Of a stretch of DNA of 32,000 nt, positions 9,097-17,267 are shown one piece after another. The position numbers and the translations under genes were made by a program. Position 1 is the stretch's first letter. Every line of letters begins with the position of its first letter. The notes under the pieces are model-generated. The model had not been told where the DNA came from. It made no database searches and worked only from the letters and a program-made list of their open reading frames with translations. The stretch is from Candidatus Saccharimonadota bacterium (GTDB lineage Bacteria; Patescibacteriota; Gracilibacteria; UBA4473): contig JACKFV010000001.1 of assembly GCA_020632335.1 (NCBI GenBank), positions 360,001 through 392,000 of the forward strand, written 5' to 3'.

Positions 9097-10170
9097 CTAC
9101 CACTCTAGCGCGCTGCCGTGCTGGTACTCGGTCACGCGGGTCTCGAAGAAGTTTTTCTCTTTGTTCAGGTCCATGATCTCGCTCATCCACGGGAAGGGAT
9201 TCTCCGCCCCGTACTGCGCTGGCAGATTAATGCGCTCTAGGCGGCGGTCAGCGATATGCTGCAGGTACTGGTAGATGACATCGCTGCGCAGCCCGAGGAT
9301 ACCCCGCGGCAGCGCGTCCTGGGCGTAGGCGTACTCCAGCTCCACCGCGTGCCGTATATGGGCGATCTGCTGGGCCTGAAACTCCGGGGTCCAGAGCTCG
9401 GGGTTCTCGGCCACAATCGCGTTGATGAGGTACTGCCCAAAGGCCAGATGCACGCTCTCGTCGCGCAGGGTGTACTGGAATTGCTCGGCCACCCCCACCA
9501 TCTTCTGCTGCCGCATGAGGCTCAGCATCATGGCAAAACCGGCGTAGAAGAAGATCCCCTCCATGATGACATAGAAGCCGATGAGGTCACTGACCAGGGT
9601 CTGCTTGCCCTCCAGAGTCTCTATGTCTATCTGGTGGGCTGGGTCCAGCAGGCTGCGGGTCATATTGATGACAAACTCGTCCTTGGCCGCGATGCTGGGG
9701 ATGGTCTCGTACATGCTGTAGACCTCGTCGGGGTCCAGGCTCAGGCTATCGCAGATGTAGACGAACATGTCGTTGTGCACGGCTTCTTCATAGGCCTGGC
9801 GGAGGAGGTACTGGCGGCACTCGGGGTTGGTGATGTACTTGTAGAGGGTCAGCACGATGTTGTTGGCGGTCAGGCTCTCGGCGGTGGAGAAGAAGCCCAG
9901 ATTCCACAGGATCATGCGGCGCTCGTCCTCGCTTAGCACTGTCTGAGAGCGCCACTGCTCGATGTCGCCCATCATGGCTACCTCCTCGGGGATCCAGTTA
10001 TTCGCGATGCCATCCTTATAACACTGCCGCGCCCAGGGGTAGGTAATGGGCAGGAATTTATTCGGGTCCACCAGGCTCTCGGGCGCGAGGATGCCCCGAC
10101 GGCGCTTTTTCTCGCTGGCGGCTCTCTTATCAGCAGAGAGGCGGAGTGCGGCATCATGAGAGGTAGTCAT
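9097..10170 (-). CDS. nrdB: Ribonucleotide reductase small subunit, class Ic-like (R2c)
   Basis: Ferritin-like R2 motifs GFFSTAES, EEAVHNDMFVYI, IMEGIFFYAGF and RDESVHLAFG, with the C-terminus FFETRVTEYQH. The ATG at 10170 is preferred; the listed start at 10197 is a TTG overlapping the -10 box. Confidence 0.9.
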   Translation of the reverse strand: MTTSHDAALRLSADKRAASEKKRRRGILAPESLVDPNKFLPITYPWARQCYKDGIANNWIPEEVAMMGDIEQWRSQTVLSEDERRMILWNLGFFSTAESLTANNIVLTLYKYITNPECRQYLLRQAYEEAVHNDMFVYICDSLSLDPDEVYSMYETIPSIAAKDEFVINMTRSLLDPAHQIDIETLEGKQTLVSDLIGFYVIMEGIFFYAGFAMMLSLMRQQKMVGVAEQFQYTLRDESVHLAFGQYLINAIVAENPELWTPEFQAQQIAHIRHAVELEYAYAQDALPRGILGLRSDVIYQYLQHIADRRLERINLPAQYGAENPFPWMSEIMDLNKEKNFFETRVTEYQHGSALEW

Positions 10171-10195
10171 GCTGTATATGGTAGTAGGCTGACGC

Positions 10196-10223
10196 AATGT
10201 ACTACTATATGTAGTGTTCGCAA
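10196..10223 (-). promoter_or_regulatory. Candidate nrdB promoter with NrdR-box-like palindrome as spacer
   Basis: Minus strand reads TTGCGA(10223-10218)-16 nt-TACATT(10201-10196). The 16-nt spacer ACACTACATATAGTAG (10217-10202) matches the NrdR-box consensus acaCwAtATaTwGtgt at 13/16. Confidence 0.4.
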
Positions 10224-10250
10224 GTAAATAGAGGGTAAAAATGAGGTACC

Positions 10251-10275
10251 AAAAAAGCCCCCCGAAGGGGGCTTT
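10251..10275 (-). terminator. Rho-independent terminator of the S-layer gene
   Basis: GCCCCC(10257-10262) / CGAA loop / GGGGGC(10267-10272), followed on the minus strand by T6 (10256-10251). It lies about 35 nt after the stop at 10309. Confidence 0.75.
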
Positions 10276-10308
10276 GATGGAGAACCGATCTTAGGAACGC
10301 AACAAGGA

Positions 10309-13300
10309 TTAGTTGTTGGTTTGTGGGATGGTGTCTACCTCGATTTGGTATCCGTTCATCCAGTCCATAGTGGTCCGGTCGGTTTGGATAGAAATGAGGT
10401 TAGCAGCCAGGTCAGACCAAACGATGTTGGCGGCGTAGTCTGCTGTAGCAGTACTTGCTGCTTGTGAAGCGATAGGATCCGCCCCCACGAAGAGTTGGAA
10501 GTCCTCGAGGTTCGGTGCAGAGTAGAGGCTATCGCGAACAATGTTCACGGTTACCCGTTCGTCTGCTTGTGTTGGGTTGGTATCTACTGTGTTAGCAATG
10601 AAAATCCCGTAGGTTTTCTTGCTGCTCAGGTATTCACCTCCTTCACATATTTCGCTTACAGAGTTGTGCTTACAGAAGTTCACCCGGAGGCGAGCTTGTG
10701 TCCAGCTTTCTCCTGTACCGTTACCGGCATCTACTACTCGTACGGTACCCACACTAAATGGTCGAGTACCCGGAGTGGTAGAACCGTTGATCTCTTCGAT
10801 CGTAACGATAGCAGGATTCCCAGCAGTACAGGTAGCACCTGCAGCACCAGGGTTAGTATCTACTACCGCAAAGTCACTGTCGTAGTGGTCTCCGGTAGCA
10901 AATGGACAGATAGTTTCAAAGCCATCCAGGGTGATGTCAAACGTCAGGCGTTTGATATTCACGGGGCCAGAAGCATCTGGAGTTACGGTGAAGTAGTACA
11001 CGGGTTTGTAGTTGCTGGCACCGGCTACCGCGCTGATAGGCGGTTGAACGGTATCATGCGATACGGCAAACTCTGTTTTGTGGACTACAAAGACTTCTCC
11101 GGTAGCAGAACCGTACCCAGAGATCAGGTTGCTTTCTGGTTGGAACTGGTTACCAGCGGCGTTCTCTACGGGATCGAGGTCGAGCCCGGTAGCAGACGTC
11201 ACGGCTTGCAGACCGTACATAGGATCACCAGATTGGGTGTCGGCACGGCGTTCGTCCAGTACCAGACGGAGCGCGTGACCGGTGTTCGCTACATTGTTGA
11301 TCGGATCAACCGTTACCTTCACGGTTACGGTCGTCATACCGTCTTTAGGGACGATGATACGAGAGGCGTTCCCGAGTTCGAAGTGCAGACGACCGTTGGT
11401 CATAGTATCGGTGTCGATCAGTTGACCAGCAGCGTTGTAGAGTTCGAATTTCAGCACGCTTCCGACAGCGTACTCGTTGATAACGATGTTACGGCTTGCC
11501 AGAGAGTCAGAACACTGACTTTCGTCTCCCAGAGAGTCGATGCCCTCAAAGGTAGTGACCGAACCGTCCGTAGATGGTCCAACACCGGCATTACCATACT
11601 GGTCTACATCTTTACACGCAAAGGTGGTAGAGTTGTAGACTCCCGCTGGGTAGTGAGGAGAGTAGAAGGGCGCTTGTGCACGCGTGAGCGTTGTACGAGC
11701 GTAGCCATCCAGATCCAGGTCGTTCATCAGGTAGATGTCGGTCACTTCTACTTTGTCATCGGTGGCAGCAAAGCGCAGCTCCAGTACTGGAACGCTGGTT
11801 TCGTTCTGCGTGATGATATCAGAGTAGATATTGGTGTTGATGTTCACCGTGAGGCGACCAGCATTGGTGAGTTGGAGCCATGCACCACAGAGGTAGTTGG
11901 TGGCATCCGTATCGGTCATGTTGTCGATCAGGTCACAGTCTTCTTCAGACGGTGCAGCGGTTTCGTCTACAGATGAACCGAAGAGAACATCGTTACCGTC
12001 AACGTCTACGCCTTCACAGATGGTCACATCCGTGCCGTTTTCAACGTTGTCGGCTTGGAAATCAGTCACGCGGAAGCGGATAACCGCACCGTTGATCGCT
12101 GATTTGATGATGGTGCCAGAAGCGAATCCGTAAGGAGCGGCTTCCGTACCATCATAGGTGAAGTTGGCACAGATAATGTTGTTGGTCGCAGACGTTACCG
12201 TAGCCGGTACAATAGCACCGGTAGCTTCGTCTTCAGTGAAGGTTACCCCCACACCAGAAGAGAAGTTGTGGCTGTTTTCTACGTCGAAACATGCGTTGAG
12301 CGTGCCAGCAAAGCCGAGACTCCAGCCGTTATTCACGTAGGTAATGCGACCCACGCGACCCACAACGTGCTTGGTAGAGCCACTGTAGGCGTGTGAGAAG
12401 TCGAAGGGCTCGTTGTAAGCCCCAGTACAGCTGGTTTCGGTAGGAGCTACTTCTACGTAGCCACCACCATAGGCAGGACACTCAAGGTTAGCGTCGGTGT
12501 CTACGTTAGCCGGAGCTACAGTAGGATCGAAGGTAGCAATCCCGTTCGTCGCATCAAAGGGTGCGGTTTCGTTCAGGATGTAGAGCTGATTAGCTGCCAG
12601 GATAGACATCCCACAGTAACCATCTTCGGTCGTAGCTACTGCAGTAGAACAGTCACCGCTGGTAGCACCTGCGGTGTCAGAACCGGTGATTTCATCGAAA
12701 GTCACGGTGAAGCCAGCGGCTGTCAGCAGTTGGTCGATGGTAGATACCCCATTACCAATAGCGAGGATACGGCGCTCTTCCCCTCCAGAAGACATCTCTG
12801 TCCCGTCAGGAGAGACCACCAGCGTGTCGCCTACTTTGAAGCAGGTAGCGCTGGTTACACGGAGTGTTTCGTCATCCTCAAACACGTTGTTGGTGAGGGT
12901 AGTCTTACAGTTATCCACCGTGACGGTCTGGGTAGTGGTGTTGCTTGCCAGGACTTCAGAAGTATCGACGATAAAGTCGAATTCTACTTGTTCTCCAGAA
13001 GGAATTACCACGCTCAGGTCACCAAAGGTGGCCCGACCAATACAGGTACCGTTACCAGTAGAAGAACCACTGATGGTGTCGAATGACTGTGGAGAGCCCA
13101 CTTGGGTACCGTTCACGAAGAAGGCACCAGTGATGTTCTCGAGCTGACAAGCAGACCCAGAAGCAACGGCTTCAACGGTAACAGACGTTACCACCGCGTC
13201 GCCAGAGTCGTTCAGCGTAGAGGTGAAGCTCAGGACATTGAGCCCGTCAGCCCCGGCTACGAAGCTGTCACCGTTGTTGTTCGGGTCAGACTTCGCGAGG

Positions 13301-15429
13301 GTGATCTTAGACTCTTGTACTTCTACGAATGAACCGGTACAGATACCAACGGTTTGGTCTTCTGCCAGACGATCACCGGTGGTGATGTATTCTGGAGATT
13401 CGAAATCATCAGCATTTGCTTTGAATTTGATCTGGTCATTCGTGTCAGCTTTGTCGTCGATGTTCATTACCAGTTTCATAGTAGACGTTCCCGTTACTTC
13501 GAAGGTGGTGTTGAAATCCAGACAGAAAGCTTCTACGCCGCTACCGCTACCGATAGCTGCGAGTTTGTCTTCACTATCTACGAGCGTGTCGTCGATGTAG
13601 AGACGGTAGTTAGAGAAAGCAGCGTTGAAGTCTGCCAGCTCATTAGCGGTACCGTTACCGTCTTTGTCAGCTACCTTAGAACCATCAGCCACACAGATGG
13701 TGATACCATCAGCTACGATAGGCTGTTGGGCTACGATACGACAGGTCTGGCCCACTGCATCGTCAGATCCAGGAGCGTACTCTTGGTTACCGAGTGATGA
13801 GGGGTCACGAGAGAGGGTAAGGTCACCAGCGTCCAGCGTGTAGACAGAACAGCTTGCGCGGCTGTCTTCGGCCAGACGACCTTCACTATCAACCACGCGT
13901 ACTCCGAATGAGGTACCGATTTCGATACCCACCATGTCTTCGGCGTTGTCGAGTTCGAATTTGATAGTGTCTCCTTGCTCAGCAGAGATCAGGTCTCCGC
14001 GGATAGAGAAGATGATGCTGTCCCCGTCTTCGAGGACAAGCCCGCCAGTCACGCCGTCATCCAGCAGGAAGCTCAGGTAGTCACCATCAACGATAGATTC
14101 TACAGAAACTTGCTCACCAGAAACGTAGAGAGCGGCGTTCGCCAGTACGTCTTCCAGGTCAGCGGTACCATCGTTTTTGAAGGTAACGGCTCGGAGGAGG
14201 ACGTCTTTGTTAGTGGCTGAGTCGTTCAGGAGTTTGAACTTCCCGATCTCAACGAATGAAGTACCAACACTCACGATGGTGTCAGCCCCCAGACAGTTGA
14301 ATTCTACTTCAGACACGGCGTATTCAGCGATACGCATTTCCTCCCCATCCACCGGGAAAGCCCCTACTACAGAAGTAGCGCTGCTCACGATGTCGTCAGG
14401 AGAAACGATAGCGAATCGAGAACTCTGACCGGCGTTATCTGGAGCCCCTTGCACATTAACGGCTTGGGCGTCATCCATAGAACACACCAGGTCACCCGTT
14501 ACGGTAGTACCAGCGGGTACCAGCATAGCGGGGTTGAAGCGTACGGTAGTAATGTCGTCAGTACTGACAGACGCTTCTTTAGAGATTTTGAAGCCTTCTA
14601 CTTCGAACCAACATTTGTCGAAGGCGTCGGCGTCACCCAGACCCAGACGAGTGAACGTCAGGCTTCCGATGTCGATGCTCGCGTCATCAGCAGCGGTGAA
14701 GGCTACTGTCGTGTACGGAACTGACACGGCGTTGAAGGGGATGTTGGTCCCCCGTGGAGTATCTGCTGAGAGCATGACCTCCAGCGTACCGGCTACAGGA
14801 CCGACAGGAACACTCCATTGGAGGAAGGCATTCCAGACGATAGCAGCGGTTTCTGCACGGGTAACTGGCAGTGCTGGACCAAAGGTACCATCACCGAAGC
14901 CATCCATGAGCTGGTAGTTGTACGCGGTTTCTACATAAGAGTAGAACCAGTCTGCAGACGTTACGTCTGAGAAGTGAGGCGCGCCAGTAGTGTCGGCGGG
15001 GAACTCAAAGGCGTTTACTACCATTTTAGCGATCTCAGCGCGGTTGATACCCACGCCTGGGCGGAACATCCCGTCAGGGTATCCGTTAATCCACCCGTAG
15101 TTGTACATTGTTTCGATATAATCGTAGTACCATTCACCTGGTTCTACATCGGGGAAATGTGGCCCCCCAGCGGTATCGAAAGGGATACCAGTGGCCAGTA
15201 CGATGATCTTCGCAACTTCAGCACGGTTCAGCTGTCGGTTAGGGGCAAACGAACCATCGTCGTTCCCAGAGAGAACGCCGAGATCCATCAGACCCTCGAT
15301 AGCTGGCTCAGCCCATGAAGGGATCGACAAATCGTCGGTGAACCCAAAGCTGGCTGCTGAAGCAACCGAGACGGTTGCTACCATTGCGAGGCTCATCACT
15401 GATGCCATTACTTTAGAAAAAGCAGTCAT
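10309..15429 (-). CDS. Giant (1706 aa) SLH-domain S-layer / surface protein
   Basis: Signal peptide MTAFSKVMASVMSLAMVATVSVASA. Three N-terminal SLH repeats lie at about 14815-15351 (WAEPAIEGLMDLGVLSGNDDGSFAPNRQLNRAEVAKII; WYYDYIETMYNYGWINGYPDGMFRPGVGINRAEIAKMV; WFYSYVETAYNYQLMDGFGDGTFGPALPVTRAETAAIV). The remaining approximately 1500 aa are T/D/N/G/V-rich and beta-type. Confidence 0.9.
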   Translation of the reverse strand: MTAFSKVMASVMSLAMVATVSVASAASFGFTDDLSIPSWAEPAIEGLMDLGVLSGNDDGSFAPNRQLNRAEVAKIIVLATGIPFDTAGGPHFPDVEPGEWYYDYIETMYNYGWINGYPDGMFRPGVGINRAEIAKMVVNAFEFPADTTGAPHFSDVTSADWFYSYVETAYNYQLMDGFGDGTFGPALPVTRAETAAIVWNAFLQWSVPVGPVAGTLEVMLSADTPRGTNIPFNAVSVPYTTVAFTAADDASIDIGSLTFTRLGLGDADAFDKCWFEVEGFKISKEASVSTDDITTVRFNPAMLVPAGTTVTGDLVCSMDDAQAVNVQGAPDNAGQSSRFAIVSPDDIVSSATSVVGAFPVDGEEMRIAEYAVSEVEFNCLGADTIVSVGTSFVEIGKFKLLNDSATNKDVLLRAVTFKNDGTADLEDVLANAALYVSGEQVSVESIVDGDYLSFLLDDGVTGGLVLEDGDSIIFSIRGDLISAEQGDTIKFELDNAEDMVGIEIGTSFGVRVVDSEGRLAEDSRASCSVYTLDAGDLTLSRDPSSLGNQEYAPGSDDAVGQTCRIVAQQPIVADGITICVADGSKVADKDGNGTANELADFNAAFSNYRLYIDDTLVDSEDKLAAIGSGSGVEAFCLDFNTTFEVTGTSTMKLVMNIDDKADTNDQIKFKANADDFESPEYITTGDRLAEDQTVGICTGSFVEVQESKITLAKSDPNNNGDSFVAGADGLNVLSFTSTLNDSGDAVVTSVTVEAVASGSACQLENITGAFFVNGTQVGSPQSFDTISGSSTGNGTCIGRATFGDLSVVIPSGEQVEFDFIVDTSEVLASNTTTQTVTVDNCKTTLTNNVFEDDETLRVTSATCFKVGDTLVVSPDGTEMSSGGEERRILAIGNGVSTIDQLLTAAGFTVTFDEITGSDTAGATSGDCSTAVATTEDGYCGMSILAANQLYILNETAPFDATNGIATFDPTVAPANVDTDANLECPAYGGGYVEVAPTETSCTGAYNEPFDFSHAYSGSTKHVVGRVGRITYVNNGWSLGFAGTLNACFDVENSHNFSSGVGVTFTEDEATGAIVPATVTSATNNIICANFTYDGTEAAPYGFASGTIIKSAINGAVIRFRVTDFQADNVENGTDVTICEGVDVDGNDVLFGSSVDETAAPSEEDCDLIDNMTDTDATNYLCGAWLQLTNAGRLTVNINTNIYSDIITQNETSVPVLELRFAATDDKVEVTDIYLMNDLDLDGYARTTLTRAQAPFYSPHYPAGVYNSTTFACKDVDQYGNAGVGPSTDGSVTTFEGIDSLGDESQCSDSLASRNIVINEYAVGSVLKFELYNAAGQLIDTDTMTNGRLHFELGNASRIIVPKDGMTTVTVKVTVDPINNVANTGHALRLVLDERRADTQSGDPMYGLQAVTSATGLDLDPVENAAGNQFQPESNLISGYGSATGEVFVVHKTEFAVSHDTVQPPISAVAGASNYKPVYYFTVTPDASGPVNIKRLTFDITLDGFETICPFATGDHYDSDFAVVDTNPGAAGATCTAGNPAIVTIEEINGSTTPGTRPFSVGTVRVVDAGNGTGESWTQARLRVNFCKHNSVSEICEGGEYLSSKKTYGIFIANTVDTNPTQADERVTVNIVRDSLYSAPNLEDFQLFVGADPIASQAASTATADYAANIVWSDLAANLISIQTDRTTMDWMNGYQIEVDTIPQTNN

Positions 15430-15709
15430 CTGTTTGATGAAAGGAAATAAAGAGGAGTCAGCTTATAGCGAAGCTGTACTCAAGCTCATAAGTGCGGGCG
15501 CCAGGAATAGCGGTCACACTCGGCCTGGTTATCAAAGATCGGCGCTTCTCTTCATTTCTCTACCACCAGAGGGCCAGGAGGGCATATATACATGTGCAAG
15601 TGTATGGCAATACACCTGACGAGTGCCTTTCTTCCGGCCGATAATGCTACAGAACGTGCTACTGCGGTGTGGGGGAATCATTCCCACTGCAGTGACAAAG
15701 AGCACTCGT

Positions 15710-15737
15710 ACTGTACGGGTTTTTAGCAGAACGTCAA
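15710..15737 (-). promoter_or_regulatory. Candidate distal promoter of the S-layer gene (long leader)
   Basis: Minus strand reads TTGACG(15737-15732)-16 nt-TACAGT(15715-15710). This predicts a 5' UTR of roughly 270-280 nt. A weaker alternative is TTGCCA-16-TATATG near 15580-15610. Confidence 0.35.
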
Positions 15738-15911
15738 CGGAGCGCTCTCTAGAGGCACATAAGAGAGTAAATGGCTCTGAGAGCTACTTGAAGGCACATA
15801 ATACTCTTGGGCGTCTCTAGAATTCTCTTGCAGTGTGATGTATGTGTGGTGAAATAGTGGTATTTCTGCGATTTCTCGGTGCTATGGCAGTGCAAGAAGC
15901 GGGATTTCTAT

Positions 15912-15939
15912 TTGACCTGGCGGCGATGCGGAGTACATA
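15912..15939 (+). promoter_or_regulatory. Candidate tRNA-Lys promoter
   Basis: TTGACC(15912-15917)-16 nt-TACATA(15934-15939). This places the start of transcription a few nt before the mature 5' end at 15950. Confidence 0.35.
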
Positions 15940-15949
15940 TGGGGGGCTC

Positions 15950-16024
15950 GAGTCGGTAGCTCAGGGGTAGAGCACTTGGCTTTTAACCAATTGGTCGTGG
16001 GTTCAAATCCCACCCGACTCACCA
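15950..16024 (+). tRNA. tRNA-Lys (anticodon UUU), CCA encoded
   Basis: Manual cloverleaf: acceptor GAGTCGG/CCGACTC, D arm GCTC-AGGGGTA-GAGC, anticodon arm CTTGG-CTTTTAA-CCAAT (loop CU-UUU-AA), variable TGGTC, T arm GTGGG-TTCAAAT-CCCAC, discriminator A plus CCA. Confidence 0.95.
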
Positions 16025-16071
16025 CAAGACATCTTCTCTACCGGCTCTCTCGGGCAGTGGCGTTTTTGGCG

Positions 16072-17172
16072 TTACTGGGGCATGAGACCAAAGTCCACCG
16101 CGAGGTTCACCTCCGTACCGGCGAAGGCCTCTACCCGGTAGCCAGTGGGGGATTTAGCAGCATTATTCCGCCAGGGGTTGGTCTTGACCGCATAGTGGGT
16201 ACTGCTGTGGCCCGCCGGAACCCGCAGCACCACCAGCGTAGTGGCAATGTCGGCTATGCCGGTGAACTGGTAATTCCCACTGGCATTGGTAGTCGTGGTT
16301 TGGAGGAGCGTGTCAGGGCTCGTCAGGCTATGGCTATTATCGGCGTCGCGGTATAGGTCTAGCACAGCGTCGCTGATGCCCGTGTCTGGTGGGTCAAAAA
16401 TACCGTTAGCATTCGCATCGAGGAACACGAGATCCCCCACTACCCCCTCGGCCGTACCGGGGAAGATAACCGGCGCCGCCAGAGCAGAGAGCTGCGCCAC
16501 CTCCAGCGTGGTAACGTGGTCATAGGAGCCCTCTGGCGCGGGAGCATCAGCTGGTGTATTCTCGGGCTCTTTCGGTTCTCTGGGCTGCACTGGTGCGGCG
16601 GAGAGGAGAGGTTCCTCATGTACTACGGGGGGAAGCGCTACCACAACAGCAGGTGCTGGAGCAGGCTCGGGCGCTGGAGATACTACCGGAACAGCTACTG
16701 CTATAGGGTCTGGAGTGGGAGGAACTGGGGCAGGAGACAGGACCACCACAATGGGAGGCTCCTGAGGGGTCTGTGGAGCTGCCGAGAGTGCTGGGGGAGT
16801 CACCACGGGCTCGGGGGTGGGCGTCGGCAGCGCTAGGGCCTCAGTGCGTGTAGGGCGCAGCGAGCGAGCCGGAGTACTCGCGTTATTACTGGTGGCTGTG
16901 ACCGTAGTCGTAGCCGGCTTCTCCGCAGTGCCGAGCAAGGGGGCCTCATATGGCCGAGCGACAACGGGCGTAGCTTTGCGCTCCCAGCGGATAGTCTGCA
17001 GGCGTATAGGAGTGAGCATAGGAGCTGGCAGTGCGGGAGTAGTAGCTGCTGGTGGCTGCATCACCGTGTCTTGCAGTGCGGGGGGGTGCACCACCGTGCC
17101 GGTATAAAAAGCGCCACAGAAGGCAGCTGCCCAGAGTAGTTGTCCGCCATATCGAGAGAAAAAAGCAAGCAT
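16072..17172 (-). CDS. N-terminally anchored Pro/Ala-rich surface protein with C-terminal SdrD-B-like domain
   Basis: The TM anchor is LLWAAAFCGAFYTGTVV, followed by about 170 aa of P/A/T/V-rich linker. Next comes GDLVFLDANANGIFDPPDTGISDAVLDLYRD..TTTTNASGNYQFTGI..LVVLRVPAG (SdrD B-repeat / Cna-B-type pattern). Confidence 0.7.
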   Translation of the reverse strand: MLAFFSRYGGQLLWAAAFCGAFYTGTVVHPPALQDTVMQPPAATTPALPAPMLTPIRLQTIRWERKATPVVARPYEAPLLGTAEKPATTTVTATSNNASTPARSLRPTRTEALALPTPTPEPVVTPPALSAAPQTPQEPPIVVVLSPAPVPPTPDPIAVAVPVVSPAPEPAPAPAVVVALPPVVHEEPLLSAAPVQPREPKEPENTPADAPAPEGSYDHVTTLEVAQLSALAAPVIFPGTAEGVVGDLVFLDANANGIFDPPDTGISDAVLDLYRDADNSHSLTSPDTLLQTTTTNASGNYQFTGIADIATTLVVLRVPAGHSSTHYAVKTNPWRNNAAKSPTGYRVEAFAGTEVNLAVDFGLMPQ

Positions 17173-17208
17173 CGGAGTATCTTAGCACAGCTTCTTTCCT
17201 CTTGACAA
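17173..17208 (-). promoter_or_regulatory. Candidate promoter of SdrD-B-like gene, leaderless type
   Basis: Minus strand reads TTGTCA(17208-17203)-18 nt-TAAGAT(17184-17179)-6 nt-ATG(17172). Confidence 0.45.
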
Positions 17209-17209
17209 G

Positions 17210-17243
17210 TAATACCCCTAGTGGAATTTCACTAGGGGTATTA
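17210..17243 (-). terminator. 14-bp perfect hairpin downstream of the adhesin gene (U-tract-less terminator or insulator)
   Basis: TAATACCCCTAGTG(17210-17223) / GAATTT loop / CACTAGGGGTATTA(17230-17243). It lies 24 nt after the stop at 17268. No T run follows on either strand. Confidence 0.4.
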
Positions 17244-17267
17244 GAGCCTCAGGAGCGATAGTCAGTA

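Noticed and set aside
10495-11976. 493-aa + strand ORF, plus many other 60-230-aa ORFs, antisense to the S-layer gene
   Set aside because: They lie entirely inside a strongly supported minus-strand gene (signal peptide + SLH). Their R/V/G/H-rich composition is typical of antisense frames in GC-rich DNA, they have no motifs, and several start at non-ATG codons.
15724-15734. 11-mer ACGTTCTGCTA shared between the S-layer promoter spacer and the 29723-29733 arm of the large palindrome
   Set aside because: Exact 11-mer repeats are expected by chance many times in 2 x 32 kb, and there is no extended similarity on either side.
15860-15930. CCAGGTCA-containing stretch (minus strand) that looked like the SRP/4.5S RNA domain IV start
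   Set aside because: The conserved GGAAGCAGC half and the symmetric-loop partner are absent. The same bases are better explained as the -35 region (TTGACC) of the tRNA-Lys promoter.
15976-16356. 126-aa + strand ORF starting inside tRNA-Lys
   Set aside because: It overlaps the tRNA and the 3' end of the SdrD-B-like gene on the opposite strand, and it has no promoter or start context.
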